64,000 nt of DNA from sequence record NZ_CP104306.1; one strand, 5' to 3'. This DNA is from a plasmid. The translations under genes were made by a program, and so were the position numbers. Position 1 is the first letter of the stretch. The number at the start of each line of letters is the position of its first letter. Of the stretch, positions 28,627 through 37,191 are shown in pieces. Under the pieces are notes generated by a model, which was not told where the DNA came from, did no database searches, and was given only the letters and a program-made list of their open reading frames with translations.

Positions 28627-28668
28627 TGCCTTCTCCCTTCTTTTAGAGTGAGGCTTGGTCAGACCGGA

Positions 28669-28896
28669 TTAACCTGCCAAGCCTTGTAACCAAGCAACTG
28701 CGGCAGAAGCGAAAATAACTACAATCAGCCCAATAGCAACATTGGTCATACCATCACGCGCCTCGCGGATTTTCTGTTGATCCTTGGTCATGTGAGCAAT
28801 ACCCATTAAGCCAAACTTGACTGCCGCATAGCCGCCGGCAATGGCAATAATAAAACCTAAAATAGCGCTCAATAAAGCGATGACTTTTCCTTGCAT
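28669..28896 (-). CDS. Small two-transmembrane protein, possible VirB2/TrbC-like pilin analogue (75 aa)
   Basis: Two hydrophobic helices separated by a charged loop. Position and size fit; sequence evidence is weak. Confidence 0.35.
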   Translation of the reverse strand: MQGKVIALLSAILGFIIAIAGGYAAVKFGLMGIAHMTKDQQKIREARDGMTNVAIGLIVVIFASAAVAWLQGLAG

Positions 28897-28897
28897 A

Positions 28898-29074
28898 TTA
28901 ATGTCCTTCTTTCATATTGAGATTCTTGAGTGCCTGTAGAATCAGTTTTCGATGGCTCTCAATCTCATCAGTCATTCTTTGGTAAAGCCAGTCTTCATAT
29001 GCGAGATTTTGTTGTTTCAAAATCTCCGTTAGCATTTGTTTCTGATTGTTCATTTGTGCCTTACTAATTGCCAT
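28898..29074 (-). CDS. Unlisted small ORF (58 aa), MAISKAQMNNQKQMLTEILKQQ...
   Basis: ATG at 29072-29074 is preceded by AAGGAGATG. It is below the 60-aa ORF-track cutoff. Confidence 0.35.
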   Translation of the reverse strand: MAISKAQMNNQKQMLTEILKQQNLAYEDWLYQRMTDEIESHRKLILQALKNLNMKEGH

Positions 29075-29092
29075 AACGACATCTCCTTATTT

Positions 29093-29359
29093 TTAATGCG
29101 ACTCAACAAATCGCTGAAAACCGTTTTGCGGGCGAACATAAGCCACGATCACGCGCTCTTTGCTTGGTAACACCCGCACGATCTCACCAATACAAGTTGT
29201 ATCTGGCAGAATAGGCCAACCAGTCTCGATGCTTAGCACCGCATGACGCAACTTCAACATCAATGCCTTCTCCTTTGGGGGTGGGAATCTGATTTCAAGA
29301 AGATCATTGTGCCGCTTAGCTTCCTTGATGTCTTTTGTTTGAAGAACCAAATTGAACAT
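29093..29359 (-). CDS. Hypothetical protein (88 aa), early gene of the tra operon
   Basis: ORF with upstream purine-rich RBS. No recognisable motif. Confidence 0.45.
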   Translation of the reverse strand: MFNLVLQTKDIKEAKRHNDLLEIRFPPPKEKALMLKLRHAVLSIETGWPILPDTTCIGEIVRVLPSKERVIVAYVRPQNGFQRFVESH

Positions 29360-29370
29360 ATGATCACCTC

Positions 29371-29649
29371 TTATATCAAGTTTTTTGGGACGGACTTAAT
29401 GCGTTCTCCGCTAATCACTAGACTGCCGTCTTTTTTTAATTCAGCTGACACCACCTTTAGAACCAAAACATTTTTCAGCTGGTTAGGCGGCTTAATATTG
29501 CCAATCACCACCGTCATACCAGGCTTAATTGGATAATCAGCATGATCCTTAACCCATGAAGCTCGGACTCGATAAGAAAGAGCATCATGATCTTTCGAAA
29601 TCAACTTCAAATTGCGATCATGTAACCAAATACCTACAGGTTCAGCCAT
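29371..29649 (-). CDS. Hypothetical protein (92 aa); start at MAEPVG
   Basis: RBS AAAGAAAGGAGA precedes ATG 29647-29649. The tracked extension to 29769 overlaps a structured leader element. Confidence 0.45.
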   Translation of the reverse strand: MAEPVGIWLHDRNLKLISKDHDALSYRVRASWVKDHADYPIKPGMTVVIGNIKPPNQLKNVLVLKVVSAELKKDGSLVISGERIKSVPKNLI

Positions 29650-29728
29650 GTTCAGTCTCCTTTCTTTAACGCAAAAAACACCTGCAATTAGCTGGCATTT
29701 GGCGTTCATTATTTTGGCATTAGCCAAG

Positions 29729-29767
29729 GCCGCTTTGTGGAATCGAACCACGTTTCCCAGTAGCGGC
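29729..29767 (-). other. Structured leader element with a tRNA T-arm-like hairpin (GGTTCGATTCC) nested in an outer GCCGCT/AGCGGC stem
   Basis: Minus strand reads GCCGCUACUGGGAAACGUGGUUCGAUUCCACAAAGCGGC. It is too short to be a tRNA. A related hairpin lies at 31485..31501. Confidence 0.3.
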
Positions 29768-29795
29768 ATCTGTTGTCCAGCGACACACCACTAAA

Positions 29796-29825
29796 TTGCG
29801 CAACAGAGCACAACTTTGGTATAAT
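29796..29825 (+). promoter_or_regulatory. Strong sigma-70-type promoter (TTGCGC, 18 bp spacer, TGgTATAAT extended -10)
   Basis: -35 at 29796-29801. Extended -10 TGG TATAAT at 29817-29825. It points into a terminator about 25 nt downstream. Confidence 0.5.
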
Positions 29826-29846
29826 GGAGTCACGTTAATACCTAAG

Positions 29847-29873
29847 AAAAGCGCGCCCTAGGGCGCGCTTTTT
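29847..29873. terminator. Bidirectional intrinsic terminator
   Basis: AAAAGCGCGCCC TA GGGCGCGCTTTTT has a perfect 8-bp GC stem with A-run and T-run flanks. It overlaps the stop of the minus-strand gene 29858..30076. Confidence 0.6.
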
Positions 29874-30076
29874 GCTTGTTGACGATGTTTTTTAAGAGCT
29901 TCCTGTCGTTCCTCTTTACGAGAACACAATCCGCTAATCCGAATAGATGCAAGTTCACACAAAAGGATGAAGCCTAGTAATACCCAGAAACTGCATTTAA
30001 GAATCAACCACAGCATGTCATTCGCTCCTTTATTTTTTGACTTTTGAATTGTAGGACGGTAGAAAACCTGAATCAT
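29858..30076 (-). CDS. Small membrane protein (72 aa)
   Basis: One hydrophobic helix LWLILKCSFWVLLGFILL. Basic C-terminus. Confidence 0.4.
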   Translation of the reverse strand: MIQVFYRPTIQKSKNKGANDMLWLILKCSFWVLLGFILLCELASIRISGLCSRKEERQEALKKHRQQAKSAP

Positions 30077-30231
30077 AAAGCCGCTTTTCTGTGCATATCA
30101 AGCGCCGTATCAAGGTTGATGGACGTTCTTTGGTAGCCTGGCAAAGTACGCGAAGCTACGCTTTCTCCTCTGTTGTTATGGTGATTTGGTAACGTTGATT
30201 ATCTTTGCTGACTGTCATCTTTCCTCCATTC

Positions 30232-30280
30232 AAAAAGTGCCATCACTTCTCCTGACTAAGTCAAGAAAGTGATGGCACTT
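30232..30280 (-). terminator. Rho-independent terminator after the 84-aa membrane-protein gene
   Basis: 14-bp stem AAGTGCCATCACTT / AAGTGATGGCACTT followed on the minus strand by TTTTTG. Confidence 0.45.
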
Positions 30281-30292
30281 TCTGGTTATAGA

Positions 30293-30547
30293 TTAGCGCA
30301 TTTTAAAACCAAGCAACATACTTATCAGTAGTACGATGCTACAAGTGAATGAGGCTGCTTGCAGCGAAAGCGAGCGTCTAGTAACCAGCATTCCCGCAAT
30401 GATCAGAATGATTTGGATCACCGCAACAATGATCATAAAAGCTCGATTATACCGTCCCGCTTGCGTGGTGATTTTTTCCTTGCGAGTTAACCAAATGATG
30501 ACCAATATCAAAATGATCGTTAGTAAATTCCAAACTGCTACAAGCAT
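30293..30547 (-). CDS. Small three-transmembrane membrane protein (84 aa) with a 440-nt leader
   Basis: RBS AAAAGGAGG precedes the start. Three hydrophobic helices. Confidence 0.45.
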   Translation of the reverse strand: MLVAVWNLLTIILILVIIWLTRKEKITTQAGRYNRAFMIIVAVIQIILIIAGMLVTRRSLSLQAASFTCSIVLLISMLLGFKMR

Positions 30548-30991
30548 GGTACACGCCTCCTTTTACTCATATTAAAGCCGTTTGTGCCTTTACAGCAACA
30601 TAAAAACCCCGACTAGCAGTAAAGGACTAGTCGAGGAATGAGCCTGAAAAACAAATGATATAAGGATGACACAGCGCATAACCTATTTTCCGCTAGGTCT
30701 CTGGTGCCCGTTTACAACATTGGAGTCTTAAGAAAGGGAACGTTCGTCACTTGATAGTCGATCGAAATCACAATACAGCTCTCCAATATCTGCGCACCCT
30801 TAGCATAACAAAAATGACTTTTATAGCCAAGGCGGTTGCGTTATTTCTTGCTGTCTAATGTTCCAGTCTGCAACAAAGAAGCCAACTCATGAAGTTGTCC
30901 TTTGAAGATGAAGCATTCATAGTGTTGAAACACATTTATACTTAGTAGACACTCCCATAACTACCGAAGAATGGTTTCCCTAGAACTAATG

Positions 30992-31381
30992 CTATTTCTT
31001 ACCCCTTTTAACACGTTTTTCCGGTTTCTTAGCCTTAACGCTGGTTTTCAGTTTTAAGGCTGGCGTGAACTTAACATTCTTAGTTGCTTCAATTTGGATT
31101 GGTTCCCCTGTTCGGGGATTGCGTCCTATTCTCGCAGCTCGGTCCGTCACTCTAAAACTACCAAACTCGATAATTTGCACCTTTTCACCAGCAACTAGGG
31201 CATCAGTGATGACTTGATTGTAGAGATTAATAAACTTGCGCAGCTCCTCGCCATTGCTGTACATGCCTTCTTTATCAGCGGCTGTCTGCATTCGTTTAAT
31301 CAGCATCGCCTTATTCACGGTCAGCGGTGTCGTTGCTGCTTTGGTTACGGCCTTTTTTGGTGTTGTCTTTTTCTTTGCCAT
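30992..31381 (-). CDS. HU/IHF-family DNA-binding protein with Lys-rich N- and C-terminal tails
   Basis: Core FGSFRVTDRAARIGRNPRTGEPIQIEA has the HU arm motif (R-N-P-x-T-G). Confidence 0.8.
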   Translation of the reverse strand: MAKKKTTPKKAVTKAATTPLTVNKAMLIKRMQTAADKEGMYSNGEELRKFINLYNQVITDALVAGEKVQIIEFGSFRVTDRAARIGRNPRTGEPIQIEATKNVKFTPALKLKTSVKAKKPEKRVKRGKK

Positions 31382-31522
31382 GTTCTTGACCTCATTTCTT
31401 ACAGAAGTATTTTCTGCTGACCCCTATATCATAAGATAATGCTAGTCATGATGCCATCTTTAACCTTTGCATATAGCGCTGCTTGTAGGAATCGAACCTA
31501 CCTAAAACATTAGCAACATCAT

Positions 31523-31546
31523 AAAAAGCAGTCGATTAGACTGCTT
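31523..31546 (-). terminator. Rho-independent terminator after the adhesin gene
   Basis: AAGCAGTC taatc GACTGCTT followed by a TTTTT run, immediately 3' of the stop at 31556. Confidence 0.6.
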
Positions 31547-31555
31547 CTAAGAATC

Positions 31556-33796
31556 TTAACGACTTTGACGCTTGTGGTAGTAAGCAAACCCACCAAAACC
31601 TAAGCCAATGACCAGCAATAGAATACCAAGCCAAAAGGCGACGTGGTTATTGCTATCACCTGTTTGTGGCATGGTGCCTGTCTTCTGTGCGACCGGTGCT
31701 GCTGGTGTTGTAGAAGATGGTATCGTTGGTTTAACTGGTTTAACCACATTTTTTTGGTTCTTGTTGTTTTTGGCAGAAATCTCAATGACTTGACCGTCAT
31801 TTGTAAGTGTGATGCCATCTTGCTCAAAGCTGCCTGTATACCCTTCTGGGGTTTTGGTTTCTTTCAAGCTGTACTTACGGTTAGCAACAATCGCAAATTC
31901 AGCATAGCCGTTCTTATCAGTTGTTGCCTTTTGTTGATTGCCAAGATCGTCCGTCAACGTAAATTCCGCGCCAGCAACAGGGTTTCCGAACTGATCGACT
32001 TTGTGGATTTTGATTCTGCCAGTATTGATTTCATTCTTGGACGTGTATTCCAAAACTTGATCATCGTTGGCAAGCGTAATGCCTGCTTGCTTGTAGGTGC
32101 CATGATAGCCATGTGGGTTCTTGGTTTCTTCAAGAGTGTATGAACGGTTAGCAACAATCGCAAATTCAGCATAGCCGTTCTTATCCGTGGTTGCCTTTTG
32201 TTGATTGCCAAGATCGTCCGTCAACGTAAATTCGGCACCAGCTAAAGGTTTGCCATTCTGATCAACTTTATGGACTTTCACAACGCCCTTATTCAACGTG
32301 TTCTTAGCCGTATAACTTAAAACCTGACCGTCATTAGCAAGTGTGATGCCAGCCTGCTTAAAGTTGCCGGTGTACCCTGCTGGGGTCTTGGTTTCTTCAA
32401 GTGTGTACGTGCGGTTAGCAACGATGTTGAATGAAGCAAGACCATCTTTGTCGGTCGTTGCCTTTTGTTGATTGCCTTGATCGTCAGTCAATGTAAATGC
32501 AGCACCTGCTAAAGATTTGTCATTCTGATCGACTTTATGGACTTTCACAACACCCTTATTCAACGTGTTCTTGGCCGTGTAACTAAAGACCTGACCGTCA
32601 TTAGCAAGCGTGATACCAGCCTGCTTGAAGCTACCTGTGTACCCTGCTGGGGTCTTGGTTTCTTCCAGCGAATACGTCGCGCCTTCGGCAATCGTAAAGG
32701 TAGCCAGGCCATCTTTACCAGTGACTGCTTTTGTGGCCGTGCCGTTGTTATCTGTCAAAGTAAATTCAGCACCAGCAAGCGACTTACCGTCCTGATCCAC
32801 CTTGTGAACCTGCACCTTACCGGTTGCTCGCGTCCAGTTAGCCTGATTATTAGCAAGCAGCGGCTTAACGAGTCCGGCAATGAGTACCAGGCTGTCTTGA
32901 TAGGTTTGCGCAGCGTCTGTATAAACAACCGGCACAATCGCGGACACATTGCCGTTGACATCAAAAGTGATATTGCCAGTTGGTGTTGATGTTGGCACTA
33001 GGATTGAAAATGGTTGACCAACGGTCACCGTATTGTTGGTAATGGCGTTGCCTTTTGCATCGACAAGTTTCATACCAGGCACTTGGTTCTTGAAGTTCAG
33101 TGTCGCTGTGCCCTGCTGGTTACTGTTGACCGTGTAAGTGTACTTGTGATACCCATTTTCCTTTGTTTGACCATCTGCACTGATGGTAAAGGACGTGTTC
33201 GCCGTGTCCTTTTGGTTCATCACATTGTTATAAACCAACGTTGCGGCTGCTTTTACACGATTAACAGCGTCTTGACCATATGGCGCATAGATACCGTCCT
33301 TGAAGGCGCCAGGACGTGATGCCTGCCAAACAAGTTGATCCCACGATAAATTGCCGCTGATAACCCACGAAACCAGCTGAGAAGCATACCAGGCTTCCTG
33401 GTTCGTCAGTCCAGCAATATTCCAGTACGCTGTATCGCTTGCTGGGTGCGCCGTAAAGCCATATTTGAACAGCCGATATTGTGCATCAGTTCCGAGCTGT
33501 CCCTTCTCGTGTGTTTGACCGATTGGAGATTCTCGTTGTGCTTCCAAACAGTAGGCGTAGTTACCATTGCTGTCTTTGTACGACTGGGAAATCAAGTAAT
33601 TTAGCGACCCCGTTGGGGTTTTCACCATGGCGTAGCCTGCCCCGTCTGTATTCGCGGCATAGTCGCCTTTACTGAATGTCATGGACGCAGGCACGTCAGT
33701 ATCTGCCGCCGCAGATACATGGTTGAGTTGACCGCCAATAAGTCCCAGTGCGACTGCACCAGTAAAAAAGGCGGCCTTTAGCCATTTATGTTGCAT
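31556..33796 (-). CDS. Sortase-anchored surface adhesin with four tandem CnaB-type (isopeptide) repeats; MPQTG sorting signal
   Basis: Signal peptide. Four repeats of about 90 aa, VKVHKVDQ..GK.LAGAEFTLTDD..YTLEETKTPAGY. C-terminal MPQTG followed by a hydrophobic segment and KRQSR. Confidence 0.8.
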   Translation of the reverse strand: MQHKWLKAAFFTGAVALGLIGGQLNHVSAAADTDVPASMTFSKGDYAANTDGAGYAMVKTPTGSLNYLISQSYKDSNGNYAYCLEAQRESPIGQTHEKGQLGTDAQYRLFKYGFTAHPASDTAYWNIAGLTNQEAWYASQLVSWVISGNLSWDQLVWQASRPGAFKDGIYAPYGQDAVNRVKAAATLVYNNVMNQKDTANTSFTISADGQTKENGYHKYTYTVNSNQQGTATLNFKNQVPGMKLVDAKGNAITNNTVTVGQPFSILVPTSTPTGNITFDVNGNVSAIVPVVYTDAAQTYQDSLVLIAGLVKPLLANNQANWTRATGKVQVHKVDQDGKSLAGAEFTLTDNNGTATKAVTGKDGLATFTIAEGATYSLEETKTPAGYTGSFKQAGITLANDGQVFSYTAKNTLNKGVVKVHKVDQNDKSLAGAAFTLTDDQGNQQKATTDKDGLASFNIVANRTYTLEETKTPAGYTGNFKQAGITLANDGQVLSYTAKNTLNKGVVKVHKVDQNGKPLAGAEFTLTDDLGNQQKATTDKNGYAEFAIVANRSYTLEETKNPHGYHGTYKQAGITLANDDQVLEYTSKNEINTGRIKIHKVDQFGNPVAGAEFTLTDDLGNQQKATTDKNGYAEFAIVANRKYSLKETKTPEGYTGSFEQDGITLTNDGQVIEISAKNNKNQKNVVKPVKPTIPSSTTPAAPVAQKTGTMPQTGDSNNHVAFWLGILLLVIGLGFGGFAYYHKRQSR
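31741..32821. repeat. Four tandem repeats of about 270 bp (CnaB modules), high nucleotide identity
   Basis: Near-identical DNA blocks, e.g. 32290-32400 versus 32560-32670. Positions derive from the protein repeat coordinates. Confidence 0.7.
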
Positions 33797-33944
33797 TATT
33801 TCTCCTTCTTTCTGTTACTTCTTTGTTTGAATCAGTAACTTCCTTCACTACCAACTCACATCGGCACCACCTCCCGAAAGGTACAAAAAAACAGCCAATC
33901 TAGTCGATTGACTGTTCTAAAGTCATTTAAATTTAGCGAAACCT

Positions 33945-34960
33945 TACCGGACAGCTACTGCCATACCAGTCACATTAAAGGCGTTCTCAAAAGTGCCAGC
34001 ATTGATCCAACGGGCGCCGAAGACTGGATCAACAACGTGATAGGCACCATCTTTGAAGCCATCAACGCTGACAACATGACCGTTCCAAACAGCACGTCCC
34101 CAGGACATTTGCTGGAACTTGGTTGTGCATTACTACTGCCACTATTACTAGAAACACCATTGCCACTAGTTTGACCCTGAGGTGCGTTTGTCTTGGTAGT
34201 GTTGCTAGCTGTCATTGTTGCTGCGGATTGACTACTTGCGGTTTGGCTAGAGGAAGTTGCTGTCTGTGCCGCAGCTAATTGCGAGTCACCTGCAGCTGCC
34301 TGCTTCTTAGCCTGCTCAGCTTGCTGATCTTTAGGCAGATTCTTGATGGCATCGTCTAATTTTGGTAAGTATTTATCCTTGAATGCTTTGACATTGACCG
34401 CATTGATAGCATCACGAGCCTGATTGATTTTCGTCTGATCTGGATCGCCGGTCGTAGCCGCTTTAACAAGTGCCACTGCTTTGACTTCACGATCAAGCAA
34501 TGTTGCCTTGTCCTTAATAGTCGCCGCAAACTTAGCTTTATGTGCTTGTAGATAAGTAAAATCATTGTTGAAGACTTGAATCTTAAAGTCCTCGTCTTTC
34601 AACACCTGATCCTTATCAAGCTCAGTATTCAAAGTATCTTGGACGAAGAAGATTTTCTTGGCCGCCTGCAACTGTTGTTGATCGACTTTGAACGTCTTCT
34701 GTTGTGCTTTCGACAAATCGCCCCGCAGCTTATACACTTTATCCTTTTGCGTGTTGGCCTTAGTCAATGCCGCTTCGCTGAGCTGCTTAGCAGGTATCTC
34801 ATACCTGCTGTCAGCGTAAAGGCTTTTAACCTGCTTGGTTAAGCGCGTCAATTGCGGTTGTCCCGATGTTTTGGGCGTTGATGCTTTAGCCTGATTACCA
34901 CATCCGGCTAAAAGTACCTAGACACTAAATGATCCCACCCGTTTTTACCATCATTTTCAT
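33945..34960 (-). pseudogene. Lipoprotein gene (lipobox LLAGCG) with apparent frameshifts in the signal peptide and near the C-terminus
   Basis: ATG 34958-34960 follows AGGAGGC and encodes MKMMVKTGGII*. The LLAGCGNQAK lipobox continues in another frame. Near 34110 a more protein-like C-terminus (WGRAVWNGHVVSVDGFKDGAYHVVDP...) continues in a third frame. Confidence 0.4.
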
Positions 34961-35001
34961 TTGTTTCAGCCTCCTGTTCAGAATCTTCTTATGCATGATG
35001 C

Positions 35002-35277
35002 TTATAGCAAATTGCTATCAATGACGATCGTCCTTGCATCGTCCTCACCCTTCAAGACTAACTTTTCCTTTTCAACTAATTCATCATGGAAATCAGCCAA
35101 GTCATCTGCTTCTAGCAGAATTTCAGCGGCTTGATCAAGTGATACCTCATGTGGCATCAAATCATCTATCGCATCATCAATCTCATTTTGATAGATGCGC
35201 TTAGCCTCTTCTGAAGTGTCTGCTGCAATCAACGCATAATAATCATGATGATCAGTGTCAAATTCATAGAATCGCAT
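35002..35277 (-). CDS. Very acidic small protein (91 aa)
   Basis: D/E-rich (EADDLADFHDELVEKE). Start overlaps the upstream gene by 14 nt. Confidence 0.45.
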   Translation of the reverse strand: MRFYEFDTDHHDYYALIAADTSEEAKRIYQNEIDDAIDDLMPHEVSLDQAAEILLEADDLADFHDELVEKEKLVLKGEDDARTIVIDSNLL

Positions 35278-35494
35278 GATGATTGCCTCCTATCCGCCAT
35301 TCCTTAATTGGATGGTGTCGTCGATATTCCCATTCCTGTTCTGGCAACTCTGGCTTAATCTCCTCAGTCTCCCCTGGTCTTAAAGCCGTCATGTAATACC
35401 CATGATCAACAAAAGTATAACGCACGCCCTTTTCCAAATGTGGTAGAGTCTTCCCCACACCATTAACAAAAGGGACTTTTGTCTGTTTAAGCAC
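35264..35494 (-). CDS. Hypothetical small protein (76 aa)
   Basis: Overlapping, coupled ORF in the four-gene cluster. Confidence 0.45.
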   Translation of the reverse strand: MLKQTKVPFVNGVGKTLPHLEKGVRYTFVDHGYYMTALRPGETEEIKPELPEQEWEYRRHHPIKEWRIGGNHHAIL

Positions 35495-35705
35495 CCAAAC
35501 TCACCGCCTTCACACTTGATCCTAATACCCCATGTCGTATGACGATTCGTTGATCCGTCTTGCTTTCTGCTAAGATCTCAATCCATTCACGTTGTCGTAC
35601 CGGATCGTGGTCATATAACCGTCGCGCCCGATCATAAGTTGCGTAATCAATACTCGTCAGCCGATGTTGTTGCATAAACACAAGTAGCTTGTCGATTGCT
35701 TTCAT
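35487..35705 (-). CDS. Hypothetical small protein (72 aa)
   Basis: Overlapping, coupled ORF in the four-gene cluster. Confidence 0.45.
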   Translation of the reverse strand: MKAIDKLLVFMQQHRLTSIDYATYDRARRLYDHDPVRQREWIEILAESKTDQRIVIRHGVLGSSVKAVSLGA

Positions 35706-35712
35706 CTCTAGA

Positions 35713-35949
35713 TTACCTCATTTCAATTTCTGAATGAATCGTTTCCTTGTGCCGTTTTCCTCTTAGCCTGACGGCCTCACTACGATTGAGCCAGGCCATT
35801 AGTAAGTGTCTCTCTCGCAGACTCAAGTCATGCATATGAGCACGGCGATATTTAAAATAGTCTTCAACCGTCGTGATCTTGCCAAGTTTAGTCATGTTGA
35901 CAAACTCAGTCACAACTTCACGTTGATGTAACCTTTTTTGCTGTTGCAT
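35713..35949 (-). CDS. Basic small protein (78 aa), possible DNA-binding regulator; first gene of the four-gene cluster
   Basis: RBS AAAAGGAGCAGG precedes the start. Arg/Lys-rich. A palindromic operator lies upstream. Confidence 0.45.
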   Translation of the reverse strand: MQQQKRLHQREVVTEFVNMTKLGKITTVEDYFKYRRAHMHDLSLRERHLLMAWLNRSEAVRLRGKRHKETIHSEIEMR

Positions 35950-36005
35950 GGCACCTGCTCCTTTTGATTCAACTCACAAAATGATGCCTACGCATGAAGC
36001 ATAGG

Positions 36006-36020
36006 TGAGGTCTGACCTCA
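36006..36020. promoter_or_regulatory. Perfect 15-bp palindrome (candidate operator) in the promoter region of the four-gene cluster
   Basis: TGAGGTC T GACCTCA, about 55 bp upstream of the start at 35949. Confidence 0.4.
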
Positions 36021-36470
36021 TGGTTTCTTAAAAAGCTAATAAACGTTTTTTTCGTGAAATTCTCGAGTTTTCTAGGCATGAAACTCGCTAAACCTTAGCG
36101 TCTATGACGCTCGATTGACAGCTCTAGGCATATGCTGACGACCTTTCCAGCCATTCACTACCACCCAAGCAAAAACTTGCTGACACTCACCGTCGAGTGA
36201 TTCACGGTCTGGTTCTAAGCCGCAGCAAAGAACGGTCAAACACATTATGTCTCGCCCGCTTTGATGGTGACACGGACTACTGGTGGCGGCACGGAATACC
36301 GAGGCGTTCCTCACCCACTTGATTTCGCGGGCAACCATCTCCCCTTCACATACCGGCTGTGAGGAACACCGTCGAAAAAGGCCGGAGGGAGTTTAAGGCT
36401 ATTCAGATTTCAAAGAGCTAAAGGTGTGCGTTCACACGCACGCATCATATTGTGAGTTGAACTGGCGTGA

Positions 36471-36707
36471 TTATGACAGCTTGTATAAAGCCGCCTGTGG
36501 GTGTTTGCGCTTAGCAATCATCGTATGGTCACTGTTGTAAACACTACGAATCTTGGGATAAAGCTGTTCAATCGCCTCAAGCGAAGCAAGATCGCGATCG
36601 TAAAAAGTACCGTCAGCGTGATTAATGAGCACCCGTCGATCAAAAGTCCGAACGCAAAATGCCTGTCTTACAACTCCTGAACGTGCTAGAATAGCCATTG
36701 TAACCAC
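36471..36707 (-). CDS. Hypothetical protein (78 aa)
   Basis: ORF only. Adjacent to a GC-rich region of unclear coding status. Confidence 0.35.
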   Translation of the reverse strand: MVTMAILARSGVVRQAFCVRTFDRRVLINHADGTFYDRDLASLEAIEQLYPKIRSVYNSDHTMIAKRKHPQAALYKLS

Positions 36708-36742
36708 TCCTTTCTTAGGATTAGCAGCACCAAGAGAAACAC

Positions 36743-36780
36743 AAAAATAAGGGGCGCGCTGCCTGCTGGCAACGCGCCCC
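36743..36780 (-). terminator. Rho-independent terminator
   Basis: GGGGCGCG(14 nt)CGCGCCCC stem followed on the minus strand by TTATTTTTGTG. Confidence 0.5.
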
Positions 36781-37191
36781 TCACTTCGTCTTGTTTGGCT
36801 GCTATTTTGACGTCTCTTACTTTCGCTCTAAGACTTCTCTAAGAGAAGTTCCACAGCGGTCACAAGGTCTGTTAAAATAAACTTGCCGCGCTTAACGCGG
36901 TGAAGACGGCAGTTGCTAGGCTAGCGGTGACTAGTTCTAGTAACAGTCACAGTGCGCTTATCCTGGATTGGTAGTCTAGGTCAGTGCTGTGATGCTGTCT
37001 TATTTTTTTGTGTTCCCCTTGCTACTGTTGATTCTGAATTCAAGATAACACTTGAATTTTTTGAATGCAAGCATTAGTGTGTAGAGGAACAAATTAAGTA
37101 AGGCAAACATGTGTTGAATTGAGCAGGTAGACAAACAAATGTTCGCCTATATTTATTATAGGACCTGGTTCCTTTTTAGACAAGAATTTTT

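Noticed and set aside
29700-29770. Possible tRNA gene (T-loop GGTTCGATTCC)
   Set aside because: Only a T-arm-like hairpin plus an enclosing stem is present. There is no D-arm or anticodon arm and the length is about 40 nt. The same applies to 31476-31501.
31600-33319. Multiple plus/minus alternative-frame ORFs (up to 166 aa) within the adhesin gene
   Set aside because: They are repeat-driven frame artifacts inside a strongly supported 746-aa CDS.
34576-34842. 88-aa plus-strand ORF
   Set aside because: It is antisense to the lipoprotein gene. No RBS.
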